From Felis catus (Eukaryota): DNA of 64,000 bases. The position numbers and the translations under genes are program-made. The stretch covers positions 97,156,001-97,220,000 of the forward strand of contig NC_058368.1 of NCBI RefSeq assembly GCF_018350175.1, written 5' to 3'. Position 1 is the stretch's first letter. The number at the start of each line of letters is the position of its first letter. A model generated the notes under the pieces. The model searched no databases, was not told the DNA's origin, and was given only the letters and a program-made list of their open reading frames with translations. Below are positions 51,540 to 62,574 of this stretch, in pieces.

Positions 51540-52600
51540 GCAGGGTTTCTTATCAAGTCAGGGGATCTAGGGAAGGCTCTTCAGAAGAAGGGGCATTTGG
51601 TCTGAATCTAAAGAATTAAAACTCTCAACTAAAGAGGGAGAGATTTCCAGACAGGCAAAACAGCATGTGCTAAGGCCCTGTGGTAGCAAATAAGAGAGCT
51701 TACTTAAGGAACTGGAAAAGGGAGGGGGGGAAAAAAAAGACAGTGTGAATGGACCAGGAAGAGCAAAGAGAAGAGAAGTGTAAGACAGGGTGGAGGAGTC
51801 AGAGTATCAGTAAGGGTCTTTAGTTGTGAGAGCCACTAGAGTGTACTCTGCCTCATGCATAAAAAAAAAAAAAAAAAAAAAAGAGGAAGACTGTTTGGAA
51901 AATAAACTAAAGAAATCACAAAGCTGAAGGATGTTCATAGGATTTCATGCCACTCAGGTGACTGGTGATCTTATAAGCGTAGTTTATAAGTGTAGATCAC
52001 AGTGAAATGGCTCGAAGGATAACCAGGAAGTAGGGTGAAGGAAGCAGTGAGCACAGGGTGTCTTTTGGGGATTTGGGCTGTAAATGGGGAGGTCACTGAG
52101 AGTGACTTGGTCCAGGATAGAGATGCAGAATCCAAGAGGCTTTTTTATTTTGTTTTGCTTTTAAGATGGAGGAGTCTGGGCATATTTCAGTGCTAATGAA
52201 AGAGAGAGGATGACTACACAAGAGACAATGAGTCATGTTGAGCACAGGCTTTTGAGAAGCAAAAGACAGGGTAGCCTAAGTGGGAGAATTATCCTTACCA
52301 GGGTGGAGTGGCTCCACTAGCACATGCCAAGAAGAGAGGAAGGCCCCTTGCAGCGGTAGTGGAAAGATTCCGTTCCCAGCTGATGGCTTCCGTTTTGTCT
52401 CTGCAGTAGGTCATTTTCTGAGACAGGGGAAGGTAAGAGATGAATAAAGAGGATTAGGGAATTTGAAGAGTAGAGGGGGTTTTTAGAAAGTCATTGTAAG
52501 GACTGGGAGAATGAGGAGCAACACACACAGCAAAGATACCAGGCAGGGTGGAGCATCCACTGAGGGGCCAGTTTTAAATCCCCAACTATTGGATGTGATA
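51540..52600 (-). mobile_element. L2 relic(s)
   Basis: Purine-rich L2-antisense phrases: agggaaggctcttcagaagaagg, ttccagacaggcaaaacagcatgtgctaaggccctg, tttgggctgtaaatgggga, ttttaagatggaggag. Confidence 0.65.
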
Positions 52601-53062
52601 TTGTGTCCCGAGAAGGTCCTTTCGGTCAGAAGCCATCTCTGCATTCTGCGTAATCACATAGTGAGTGTTGGACAAATGTTCATGGTTTGTGTACTTTGTG
52701 ACCTCAGTGCTAAGGACAGCTGTGCCTCCCTTAACTTATTACTTTGTGTCTTGGGATCGCAGTAGGTTCTGTAACATTTAAATCAATTGTTAGAAATGGG
52801 GACTAAGTTTGTAGCCCACCTACGGCAAGGTGCACATGTGCTTCAGCACCTGTGGCATATATTTGGGTAAGACATTACCCTGACTTCATCTTCTCAATTT
52901 ATTCGTGTTTTTCTCTTTTCCCCAACTTTCTCCTTTATGATCATATATTACCAGATAAGTAGGTTCTAGCCATCTTAAGTCCTTTTTGTGGAATGAAGAT
53001 ACAAATAATCAATAAGTCAATAATAGAACAAAAAGTGTCACATGGAAGTTAATTTAAAAATA

Positions 53063-53279
53063 GCACCTGGGTGGCTCAGTCAGTTAAGTATCCGACTTCA
53101 GCTCAGGTCATGATCTCCTGGTTCAAGGGTTCGAGTCCCACATCAGGCTCTGTACTGACAGCTCAGAGCCTGGAGCCTGCTTCAGATTCTGTGTCTCCCT
53201 CTCTCCCTGCCCCTCCCCTGCTCATGCTCTTTCTCCCTCTCTCTCACAAAAATAAACGTTAATAACTTTTTAACAAAAA
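53063..53279 (+). mobile_element. Can-SINE
   Basis: gcacctgggtggctcagtcagttaag head, core and tail. Confidence 0.94.
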
Positions 53280-53628
53280 TAAAAATATAATGATCATCAC
53301 AGATACAGATATAGAAATAAAAATGTAGAGACAGATACAGCAATGTTTGCTGATGATTCCTATGGAAACAAGGAATGTAAAACCTAGTGGAGAGTCTACT
53401 GTGGGAGATAAAAAGTAAGAATCTAACCATTTTGTGGAAAAGAAAAACATAGTTACCTCTTAACTGATTTCAAGTGTTCTCTAAAACTAAAATATTTTTA
53501 CTAATTTTCTTTAAGCTAACAGCAAGAAAAATTATCATTTAGAATAAATGGTTTATTTGAAGTAGAAAGGATTTTCATTTCTTACGAATTGTTTATTGCT
53601 AATATTATAAAAGTTAAGGAAAATATTT

Positions 53629-53702
53629 AAAAGAGTAGTCTCAAAACAACTACTTTGGCTTTAAGAAAAGAATAGTCTCAAAACAACTACTTTGGCTTTA
53701 GG
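53629..53702. repeat. 37-bp tandem duplication (2 copies, 2 mismatches)
   Basis: aaaagagtagtctcaaaacaactactttggctttaag / aaaagaatagtctcaaaacaactactttggctttagg. Confidence 0.93.
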
Positions 53703-53716
53703 AACACACTAATAAT

Positions 53717-53934
53717 GGGGCGCCTAGGTGGCTCAGTCAGTTAAGCATCCAACTTCGGCTCAGGTCATGGTCTCGTGGTTTGTGAGCTCGAGCCCCACAT
53801 TTGGCTCTGTGTTGACAGCCCAGAGCCTGGAGCCTGCTTCAGATTCTGTGTCTCCCTCTCTCTCTCTGCCCCAACCCCCCAGCACTATCTCTCTCTTTCT
53901 CTCTCTAAAAATAAACTGAAGAAAAAAAAAAAAA
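53717..53934 (+). mobile_element. Can-SINE
   Basis: Perfect TSD gaacacactaataatg at 53702-53717 and 53935-53950. Confidence 0.95.
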
Positions 53935-54358
53935 GAACACACTAATAATGAGACAGAGCATGCCTTCCTTTGTAGTCAAAAGAAAGAACCACAGAACTAA
54001 CATCCCAAGTTCATGTGAAGGAGAATCAGACTGCCTAGGAGCCTGGATGCTCTCAGAAATATGCAGGCAGGGAAAGAAAACCCCCTTCCCTATCCCGTTT
54101 CACACTCTCACTACCCTTGACACTAAAAGACAAAGCCCAGTTAGGCCTTCTCTGCCTACAGCCCAGGTCTCTGAACGCTCAGCTGCTTTTCAGGAACCTC
54201 AAATCCACTTCCAGATACCAAAGCGTTCCCCTTAATGAAGCCCTTTCCAGTCCCTCAGGAATCATCCATTAGTCTTTGTTCCTTCTGGGCTTGCCACTAA
54301 TTAAAAGACAAACAACAAACAAAAACTGCCATCAGACATACTGAAGTCCTCTACTCCA

Positions 54359-54448
54359 CAGTTCTGCTTCAATAATCAGTGACTTTTGCAAGTTCCTTAG
54401 ACAGTCTGAGCCTCAGTCTCCTTAGCTGTAAAGTGGGGGTAATAATTA
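54359..54448 (+). mobile_element. MIR core fragment
   Basis: gtgacttttgcaagttcctt...tctgagcctcagtctccttagctgtaaagtgggggtaataa. Confidence 0.7.
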
Positions 54449-55470
54449 GAGAAGATTCGTTTATACCTGAAACGCCTGGGTTCTGATGGTCTTGGGCTCT
54501 GTCTTCTGCTTCAGGACCCAAATCATACCAGAAGTCCTGACTCAGTCACAGGTACCCATAAATCCTGTGACACAACCCATACAGTATAGCGGTACCCATT
54601 AATGTAGTCCCTGTATATCAACAGTCAAGTGTTTCTGATACCCATTCTCTTGCTATTCCTTCCAAGAATCTCATTTCCCATCTTCAGCTTATAGTAGATG
54701 GCTTTCACGGAAAAAGGGAAAAAGAAGAAACATTTCTGGGAGATAGGACTAAATGTTTCTGGTCAAGTTTTGTACTATCTACAATAAAAGCATGGAGAGT
54801 GAGATCTTTTGAGGGCACACTACAAAATTAATTTTTAAGGATTTGATCAGCGATTACCCTGAGAATAAGAACATATTATGAATAATGAGGATAGTGACAA
54901 ACTCCGGGCTGTTTCATTTTTATGATAACATGTATTACAATTGGTTCTGATTGACAAACCCCTTGAAGCATATAAACTCAATCAATTTACAGATATTTTT
55001 TTCCAGGCTTTGTTTTTGAACATGAGTACTTTTTGCACTTGAATGATACACCAGCAAAGAAACAGATGCTAACCCATTTTACTTACATTAATTCAGAAAG
55101 GCTAAACTTCTCCTTAAATTTGTTAGAATTTTTTGTCTTACCTTGGTAAACAAGAAAGTATCTTAGTAGTTTTGAGTTTGAAGAATGCCACACAAATCTA
55201 ATTATTTATGTTATCCTTCATAACTTGGAAGATCACATCTTAGTGTTATCTCGTGACAACTTAGGTAAGAAGTACATGTGCCTTGCCATATAGGCTTCCC
55301 CCTTCCACTGGCTTTAAGCAAAGAGTTTGAAACCCTTGGAGATGGTAGGGCCACAAGACAAGAGGAGTCTGGGCCCCCAAATTACCAACGGACAAGTGTT
55401 AAGTGGCCAAAATTCTGCAGCTTATTTGTTTCAGCAGCTGTTACTCTAACCAATACGAGAGCTAAATTCC

Positions 55471-55686
55471 TTTTTTTAATTGTTTTTCATGTTTTGTTTA
55501 TTTTTGAGAGGGAAACAGAGTGTGAAGAAGGGAGGGATAGAGACAGAGGGAGACACAGAATCCAAAGCAGGCTCCAGGCTCCGAGCCATCAGCATAGAGC
55601 CCGACGTGAGGCTCAGATCCACAAACCGTGAGGTCATGACCTGAGCCGAAGTCAGACGCTCAACTGACTGAGCCATCCAGGCGCTC
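55471..55686 (-). mobile_element. Can-SINE
   Basis: TSD cgagagctaMattcc at 55456-55470 and 55687-55701. Confidence 0.94.
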
Positions 55687-56117
55687 CGAGAGCTACATTC
55701 CGAACGCACATACTTGCATGATTACAAATCTTTCTCTAACAAAGCTAAGATTGAGAACAAGATAAAAGGGGGTGCCGCTCAGGGCAAGATGTGGAGACAA
55801 TCCTGAATAAGCATCATATATGATGCTGATTAGCTGCTGACTCCAACAATGGGATTCTTATACACAAGTGGCTCTCCATTTTTTCCCCACACTTATGAAA
55901 ACTAAGATAAATTCCCAGGCATAATGGGGGCTCTCAAGAAAAGTGACCAACAGGTAATAATGATTCCTCTTATGAGGAAGAGGAGAAATGCAGCCTGCCT
56001 CCACAACAGTCCCACTAGAATCCTTCCCTAGGCCGACTATAATACGTCCCCGCAGTCTTTTCTAACATCCAAAAATGCTCCCAGAAGATAGAGATCCCGG
56101 TAGTAATCAGAGAAATA

Positions 56118-56152
56118 TTATTTTTTTATTTTTTTAATGTTTTATTTATTTT

Positions 56153-56183
<31 letters not shown>

Positions 56184-56352
56184 CGAGCAGGGAGGGGCAG
56201 AGAGAGAGGGAGACACAGAATCCAAAGCAGCCTCCAGGCTCCCAGCTGTCAGCACAGAGCCCGACGCAGGGCTTGAACTCACGAACTGTGAGATGAGATC
56301 ATGACCTGAGCCGAAGTTGGTCACTTAACCAACTGAGCCACCCAGGCGCCTC
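56118..56352 (-). mobile_element. Can-SINE
   Basis: T-tract, (GA)n, ...caactgagccacccaggcgcc. Confidence 0.94.
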
Positions 56353-57355
56353 ATGATCAGAGCGATCATGCTTCAAAACCCAGTAGGCAGCTTTATTTTG
56401 GTGAATATCAGCATAAAGGTATCATAAAGGGGTAATTTTAGGGGACATGCCTCCATTTGGCAATCAAAACATTCCTCCCTTTCTATATTTGCTTTGTATC
56501 TTTTCACTTTTTATTGCAAACTACTTATTTTAAGCCAGGACTATGAGAACCCTCTGACCATTTTCCTCTCATCAGAAAATTTCTTCAGCATCTGGTCTTA
56601 CTAATTTGCTAGCCGTCTCTCCAGCCTCTGAACTTCAAAGAATCATATAAAAATACTTACCAAACTCCTGGAGGTGATCTTTTAAGAGGGGGAAGCTAAT
56701 TGGACTGAGCCCTTTTGTTCCTAAACTTATATTTTAGACATATTTGACCAAATGGTCTTCAAACAAATAAAAAGTTGTCTCGTCACATTCATAAACAACA
56801 ACAACAACAACAACTTAGGCAGAACAGAATTCTTGTTCATTTGAAAAAAGATCAGACCCATGAAAGAATCCAGGAAGAGACAGAGGTATAAGCTTAGCTG
56901 TTAATTATCCTCTGGGTTGGTTGTGTTTTTTTTTTTTGTTTTTCCCTGTGCAAGGATTTAAGACACAGTGTTAGATATTTAGGGGCATATCACTCAGTTT
57001 ACTAGAAATTCCTGAATTCTCTTTAATTAGAAGCCAGCAGGACATCACAAAGGCCATAACAACTTATATATGAAGAAAACAACTCTATTCTCATTATTTC
57101 CTGGGAAAGGGAAGGGTGGCATCGATAACAGAAGCCAACACTCCTAACTGTATCACTGGCTTCCTTTCACCGCCATGGGTAATACAACACCAGCTTTCTT
57201 TTCTCTTTCCCTCTGTTGAATGTAAATGCAGGTTAATAAGCATATGGAGTGTCTACTTTATGAAAGGCCATAGAAATTCAAAAATGAGAAAGTCCTGTTC
57301 TCAGCTTTCATGGGGCTTCTGCTCCAGGGTTATAGATGCAATAAAACAGATTAGA

Positions 57356-57500
57356 TGTGGGATGATGAAAAAGTTCTGGAGATAAGTAGTGGTGCTGTTG
57401 CACAAGAGTATAAATATACTTTTCGCCACTGAACTGTGCGCTTAAAAATAGTAAAGATGGTTAATTCTATGTGATGTATATTTTAACACACACAGAAAAA
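57356..57500 (+). mobile_element. L1MB-like 3' terminal fragment
   Basis: gatgatgaaaaagttctggagat...gccactgaactgtgcgcttaaaaat...atggttaattctatgt. Confidence 0.8.
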
Positions 57501-57882
57501 GAGAAGGAATAGAAACTCTCTCCTCCCCTTCTTCTGTCAGAGGTAGAATGAATCAAGATAAATCAAATGGCACCAGGACCATTCCTTGGACAAGGAAGAA
57601 GCATGAAAAGCCAGTGTGTGGGTTTCTCCCATAGGGATGCTATCAGGCCCAGGCAGACGGTAAAGATTCAAATCTTGGGGGGACTCATTGTGAGTCATGT
57701 ATCATTCTGGAGGGGAAAGTCAGAGTCATGCCAGCAGGGAAATGTTCCTCCCTGGAGACATACATGACTACATTATTATCACTGAGGAAAATTAATTAAT
57801 GGTTATGAAAACCATGCTCCCTCTATAGGTGACCCAGTAAAGGCATCAACTGGGCTCTTGCTCTCCCAGAGGGGTAAGGGCC

Positions 57883-58035
57883 CAGTCATACAGGTACCCC
57901 GTGCTCAGAAGGGTCCCTGTGTTTGGTTTAGTGCTCTGTCGTCACCATCTGGAAAATCCTGGTAGTTTTTTCAACAAGAGCTCCCACATTATCACTCTAT
58001 ACTAGGCTCAGCAAATGAGGTAGGTCACCAGTCCT
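57883..58035. mobile_element. MER91A hAT-Tip100 MITE
   Basis: ccccgtgctcagaagggtccctgtgtttggtttagtgctctgtcgtcaccatctggaaa matches recalled consensus. Confidence 0.7.
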
Positions 58036-58120
58036 ACAGAGCAGGAAGGACACAGCCTCTTCCTCCAGAGCCTGTGTGAAGGGCAGCGAATAAGGGTAAT
58101 GCTCAAAAGGATGCAGTCTA

Positions 58121-58239
58121 GGGGCACCTGGGTGGCTCAGTCAGTTAAGCGTCAGCTTTGGCTTAGGTTATAACCTCTCGATTCATGGGGTTAAGCCCAG
58201 CATTGGTCAGCATGGAGCTGTCAGCATGGAGCCTGCTTG

Positions 58240-58294
<55 letters not shown>

Positions 58295-58347
58295 GCCTCT
58301 CCCCCACTCATGCTTTCTCTCAAAATAAATAAAATTAAAATTAAAAT
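58121..58347 (+). mobile_element. Can-SINE with long (CT)n
   Basis: Perfect TSD aaggatgcagtcta at 58107-58120 and 58348-58361. Confidence 0.94.
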
Positions 58348-59004
58348 AAGGATGCAGTCTAAGACATTTCTCAAATTGCAGGAAGCCAAAAGGAATTCAG
58401 GGAGAGACATCTCCCATAGAAAGGAGTTGTCCTCTTAGACCAAGGAACCCAGAGAAAGGGCTGCATGATAGAGCGTGTATGAGCACAATGTGGTGCAATA
58501 TGAAACTGGTCAGGGGTAGAGGCAGGATACATAGGTCATAACTTGAAATGCCTTCCCTTGAGGAGGACAAGATAGCATTTGAGTTAACTAGAACTTTGAC
58601 CTTTACAGTCTTTCTTAGAATACTCAACCCCTGAAAAAAAAAAAAAGGCTTATATATTGATATTAGAATGCATCACCTAAGTCTGATGGAGATGGTGGGG
58701 CAATGGCTAGAATAGGCAAGTTGCTTTGGCTGCTTTCTTTCTGAGCTCCAGTGGAGAAAGTCATTGGTGCTGACCTCTCTATCGCCTCACACCTCAGGCG
58801 TGCAGGAGGCTTTCTGAAGTAACAGAGTCTCCCACAATGCAGGTGCCCCCGAAATTTCACGACTCACCCAACTGTACTAAAGACAGGCCCATGAGAAGAA
58901 TAAAGAACCCAAGGTTACCCCCATCCCATGTTGTGTTGAAAAACAGATTATCTCATTATTACATAATTCTTATCTCTTTATGCACTGTTTGAAATTTTTA
59001 TCAT

Positions 59005-59007
<3 letters not shown>

Positions 59008-59052
<45 letters not shown>
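59008..59052. repeat. (CA)n microsatellite
   Basis: Direct reading. Confidence 0.95.
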
Positions 59053-59053
<1 letters not shown>

Positions 59054-59924
59054 GGCTTATTGTGGAATATCAACTCATTAGGACATAAACCTGATTTTTT
59101 TTTTTTGCCAGTAACTATTCCCAGAGGTCTTATATAAGTAATGTCTTCCTTTATATTATCTTGACCTAAATCCATAAGTTTTTAGACATTCTGACTTAAT
59201 ACAAACAGTATCCTTTCGGTCTATAAGGCTCAGCCCTATTTAGTCTAAAATCTTAATATTGCATTGATTCCAGTCTCTTCTATCTAACCCACCCCCATCC
59301 CAAGCACATGCCACAGCTTTGACTTGACTGACCTGACACGGATGGATGGGGGCCGCGTGGTCTTTTACATTTCCCCTTTCCCCCTCATATACCCACTGCT
59401 GCTTCCTTCCCTGTCAGGGTAGGGCTGAGGTGGTAAGAAAAAGAACAACAACAACAAAAAATACCCTCTTAACTGGGCCAGGTCACATTCCTGCTGTTCT
59501 CCCTCATTGTATACACACTACTGCTGGCTGGTGTGGACAGGTGGTGGCTCCAAAATGGTCTGCTCGTAAAAAGCTCACTGGCCCCATCTGACTGTCCCCA
59601 GTTCTCTGGAAAAGCAGACATCCAAAAAGGGAATAAAAGTGAAAGTCACCCTTTTTGTATTTCCCCCTTTTTTTTAAGACAAGAATTCTTCTGGAACTAC
59701 CACTTGGCCTGGCGAAAAGAAAGCATCTCCTCCGCAGAAAGGGAACAGAGGGAGAGCTTGTCTTTTCCCTGGGTTAGAGCTGGTTTCTGCATTTGTTTCT
59801 ATCTCACACCCGAGGGGAGGCAGCTGAACCACCTATTGGCTTTGCTCTGAACCAAGAGTGTGAGATTTAGTCATTATTCTGGGACAACTGGAAGCCTGGT
59901 GGTTGTATCTGTAATACCATTATT

Positions 59925-59981
59925 AACATAACATAACATAACATAACATAACATAACATAACATAACATAACATAACATAA
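59925..59981. repeat. (AACAT)n pentanucleotide repeat, ~11 perfect copies
   Basis: Direct reading. Confidence 0.95.
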
Positions 59982-60165
59982 AAATAATATATGACTTGTA
60001 TGGTGATGGCAGAGGTATACATAAAGAACATTTTCATAATACAGAGAAGGGACACTTCACCAAGACCAAGAAAGGAAGGTTCAGAACAATTTGCTACAGA
60101 AGAGACGGTCTCCCCTACATCATGATTGGAAAGCCGAAACGATCCTGCTGGAAATGTACAGGTAG

Positions 60166-60364
60166 AGCAAAGCTTCTCAGCCTTGGTACTACTGACATTT
60201 AAGCCAGATTAATTCTTTGTTGGATGAGGCCGTTCATGCATCCCTGGCCACTACCCACTACATGACAGTAGCACCCTTCGCCAAGATATAACACCTCCAA
60301 ATGTCTCCAGACATTGCCAACCATCTCCCAGGAAGGTGAAATAGCCTCTGGTTGAAAACCAATG
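60166..60364. mobile_element. MER20 hAT-Charlie MITE (internally deleted)
   Basis: ttctcagccttggtactactgacattt...gcatccctggccactacccacta...aaatgtctccagacattgcca...ggttgaaaaccaatg. Confidence 0.88.
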
Positions 60365-60399
60365 CCACTCTTACAGGAAGAGGGGACTCATGCTCAAAG

Positions 60400-60770
60400 G
60401 TTCAAGGTACAAAACAGATGGCATTGTGAAAACTACACATAGTCCCATATTACCGGAGCATGAGGTACAGTGCAGGGCAGCAAGTGGTGGGAGGGAGGAA
60501 AGGAGAAGTATGGGAGGCTGATAATGGAGCATCTGGTAGAACATGCACGGGCGAAGGGACATCATCTCTTTAGTGATGGCAAGTCTCAGAAAGAGAATGA
60601 CAGAGGGGATTTGAGCTTCAGACAGGTGGTAAGAGGACAGGGGAAGAATAAGACTTAAGTCAGGTGGCTCACTCGGGAGCTATGGCAGAAGTCAAGGCAC
60701 AAGATGATGAAAAGCACCTGAACTGGAGGACAGGCAGGAGGAAGAGGAACAGAATGGAATGTATACAGGA
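60400..60770 (-). mobile_element. L2 relic
   Basis: ggagctatggcagaagtcaaggcacaagatgatg...cctgaactgga purine-rich L2-antisense pattern. Confidence 0.5.
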
Positions 60771-60903
60771 AGCCTAGGGGAATGGCCCTGCAGCTCACAG
60801 CAAATGCACAAGGAGATGAACAATCACGTTCTGTGCCTGGAAAGGAGAAAAAACCTGCATATGTCGAATTGGGGATGCCTTCTTTCTCTCCTTGGTTAAT
60901 TTA

Positions 60904-61169
60904 TTTACTTCTTTTTTTAATGAGTATAATTTGGTTTATTTTTTACAATTAAATTTAAGCAAAGTAATGTTTCCTATAGATATCAATATCCCACTATGGA
61001 AATACAGGCATCTTGATTTAACATGTAAGTTAAATGCAATAGTTTCTTCATTTAAGTCAATTTAACATTTTACAAAAAAAGAGTTTGCATCAGCTTCACA
61101 AGAAGAGGTACACTGAAACAAGAGAAGAGCCTTCCTCCAGAGTCTTAGAGCACTTTGAAACGTACTTTC
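60904..61169 (-). other. L1 3'-transduced unique sequence with own AATAAA and second A-tail
   Basis: Lies between L1 A-tail (61170-61189) and distal TSD copy (60887-60903); tttatt at 60935-60940 is 16 nt from the T-tract 60904-60918. Confidence 0.88.
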
Positions 61170-62574
61170 TTTTTTTTTTTAATTTTTTTCAATATATGAA
61201 ATTTATTGTCAAATTGGTTTCCATACAACACCCAGTGCTCATCCCAAAAGGTGCCCTCCTCAATACCCAGCACCCACCCTCCCCTTCCTCCCACCCCCCA
61301 TCAACCCTCAGTTTGTTCTCAGTTTTGAACAGTCTCTTATGCTTTGGCTCTCTCCCACTCTAACCTCTTTTTTTTTTTTCCTTCCTCTCCCCCATGGGTT
61401 TCTGTTAAGTTTCTCAAGATCCACATAAGAGTGAAACCACATGGTATCTTTCTCTCTCTGTATGGCTTATTTCACTTAGCATCACATTCTCCAGTTCCAT
61501 CCACGTTGCTACAAAAGGCCATATTTCATTCTTTCTCATTGCCATGTAGTATTCCATTGTGTATATAAACCACAATTTCTTTATCCATTCATCAGTTGAT
61601 GGACATTTAGGCTCTTTCCACAATTTGGCTATTGTTGAGAGTGCTGCTTTAAACATTGGGGTACAAGTGCCCCTATGCATCAGTACTCCTGTATCCCTTG
61701 GGTAAATTCCTAGCAGTGTTATTGCTGGGTCATAGGGTAGGTCTATCTTTAATTTTCTGAGGAACCTCCACACTGCTTTCCAGAGCGGCTGCACCAATTT
61801 GCATTCCCACCAACAGTGCAAGAGGGTTCCCGTTTCTCCACATCCTCTCCAGCATCTATAGTCTCCTGATTTGTTCATTTTGGCCACTCTGACTGGCGTG
61901 AGGTGATATCTGAGTGTGGTTTTGATTTCTATTTCCCTGATAAGGAGCAACGTTGAGCATCTTTTCATGTGCCTGTTGGCCATCCGGATGTCTTCTTTAG
62001 AGAAGTGTCTATTCATGTTTTCCGCCCATTTCTTCACTGGGTTATTTGTTTTTCGGGTGTGGAGTTTGGTGAGCTCTTTATAGATTTTGGATACTAGTCC
62101 TTTGTCTGATATGTCATTTGCAAATATCTTTTCCCATTCCGTTGGTTGCCTTTTAGTTTTGTTGGTTGTTTCCTTTGCTGTGCAGAAGCTTTTTATCTTC
62201 ATAAGGTCCCAGTAATTCATTTTTGCTTTTAATTCCCTTGCCTTTGGGGATGTGTTGAGTAAGAGATTGCTACGGCTGAGGTCAGAGAGGTCTTTTCCTG
62301 CTTTCTCCTCTAGGGTTTTGATGGTTTCCTGTCTCACATTCAGGTCCTTTATCCATTTTGAATTTATTTTTGTGAATGGTGTGAGAAAGTGGTCTAGTTT
62401 CAACCTTCTGCATGTTGCTGTCCAGTTCTCCCAGCACCATTTGTTAAAGAGACTGTCTTTTTTCCATTGGATGTTCTTCCCTGCTTTGTCAAAGATTAGT
62501 TGGCCATACGTTTGTGGGTCTAGTTCTGGGGTTTCTATTCTATTCCATTGGTCTATGTGTCTGTTTTTGTGCCA
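61170..62574 (-). mobile_element. Young L1_Fc-type, 5'-truncated
   Basis: L1 3' UTR plus ORF2 C-terminus; perfect 17-bp TSD tctccttggttaattta at 60887-60903 and 62575-62591. Confidence 0.97.
61414..62574 (-). pseudogene. L1 ORF2p C-terminal fragment (stop-free, no promoter, EN or RT core)
   Basis: 329-aa ORF extends 57 codons upstream in frame ([14 protein letters not shown]...[13 protein letters not shown]); CCHC motif [18 protein letters not shown]. Confidence 0.93.
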
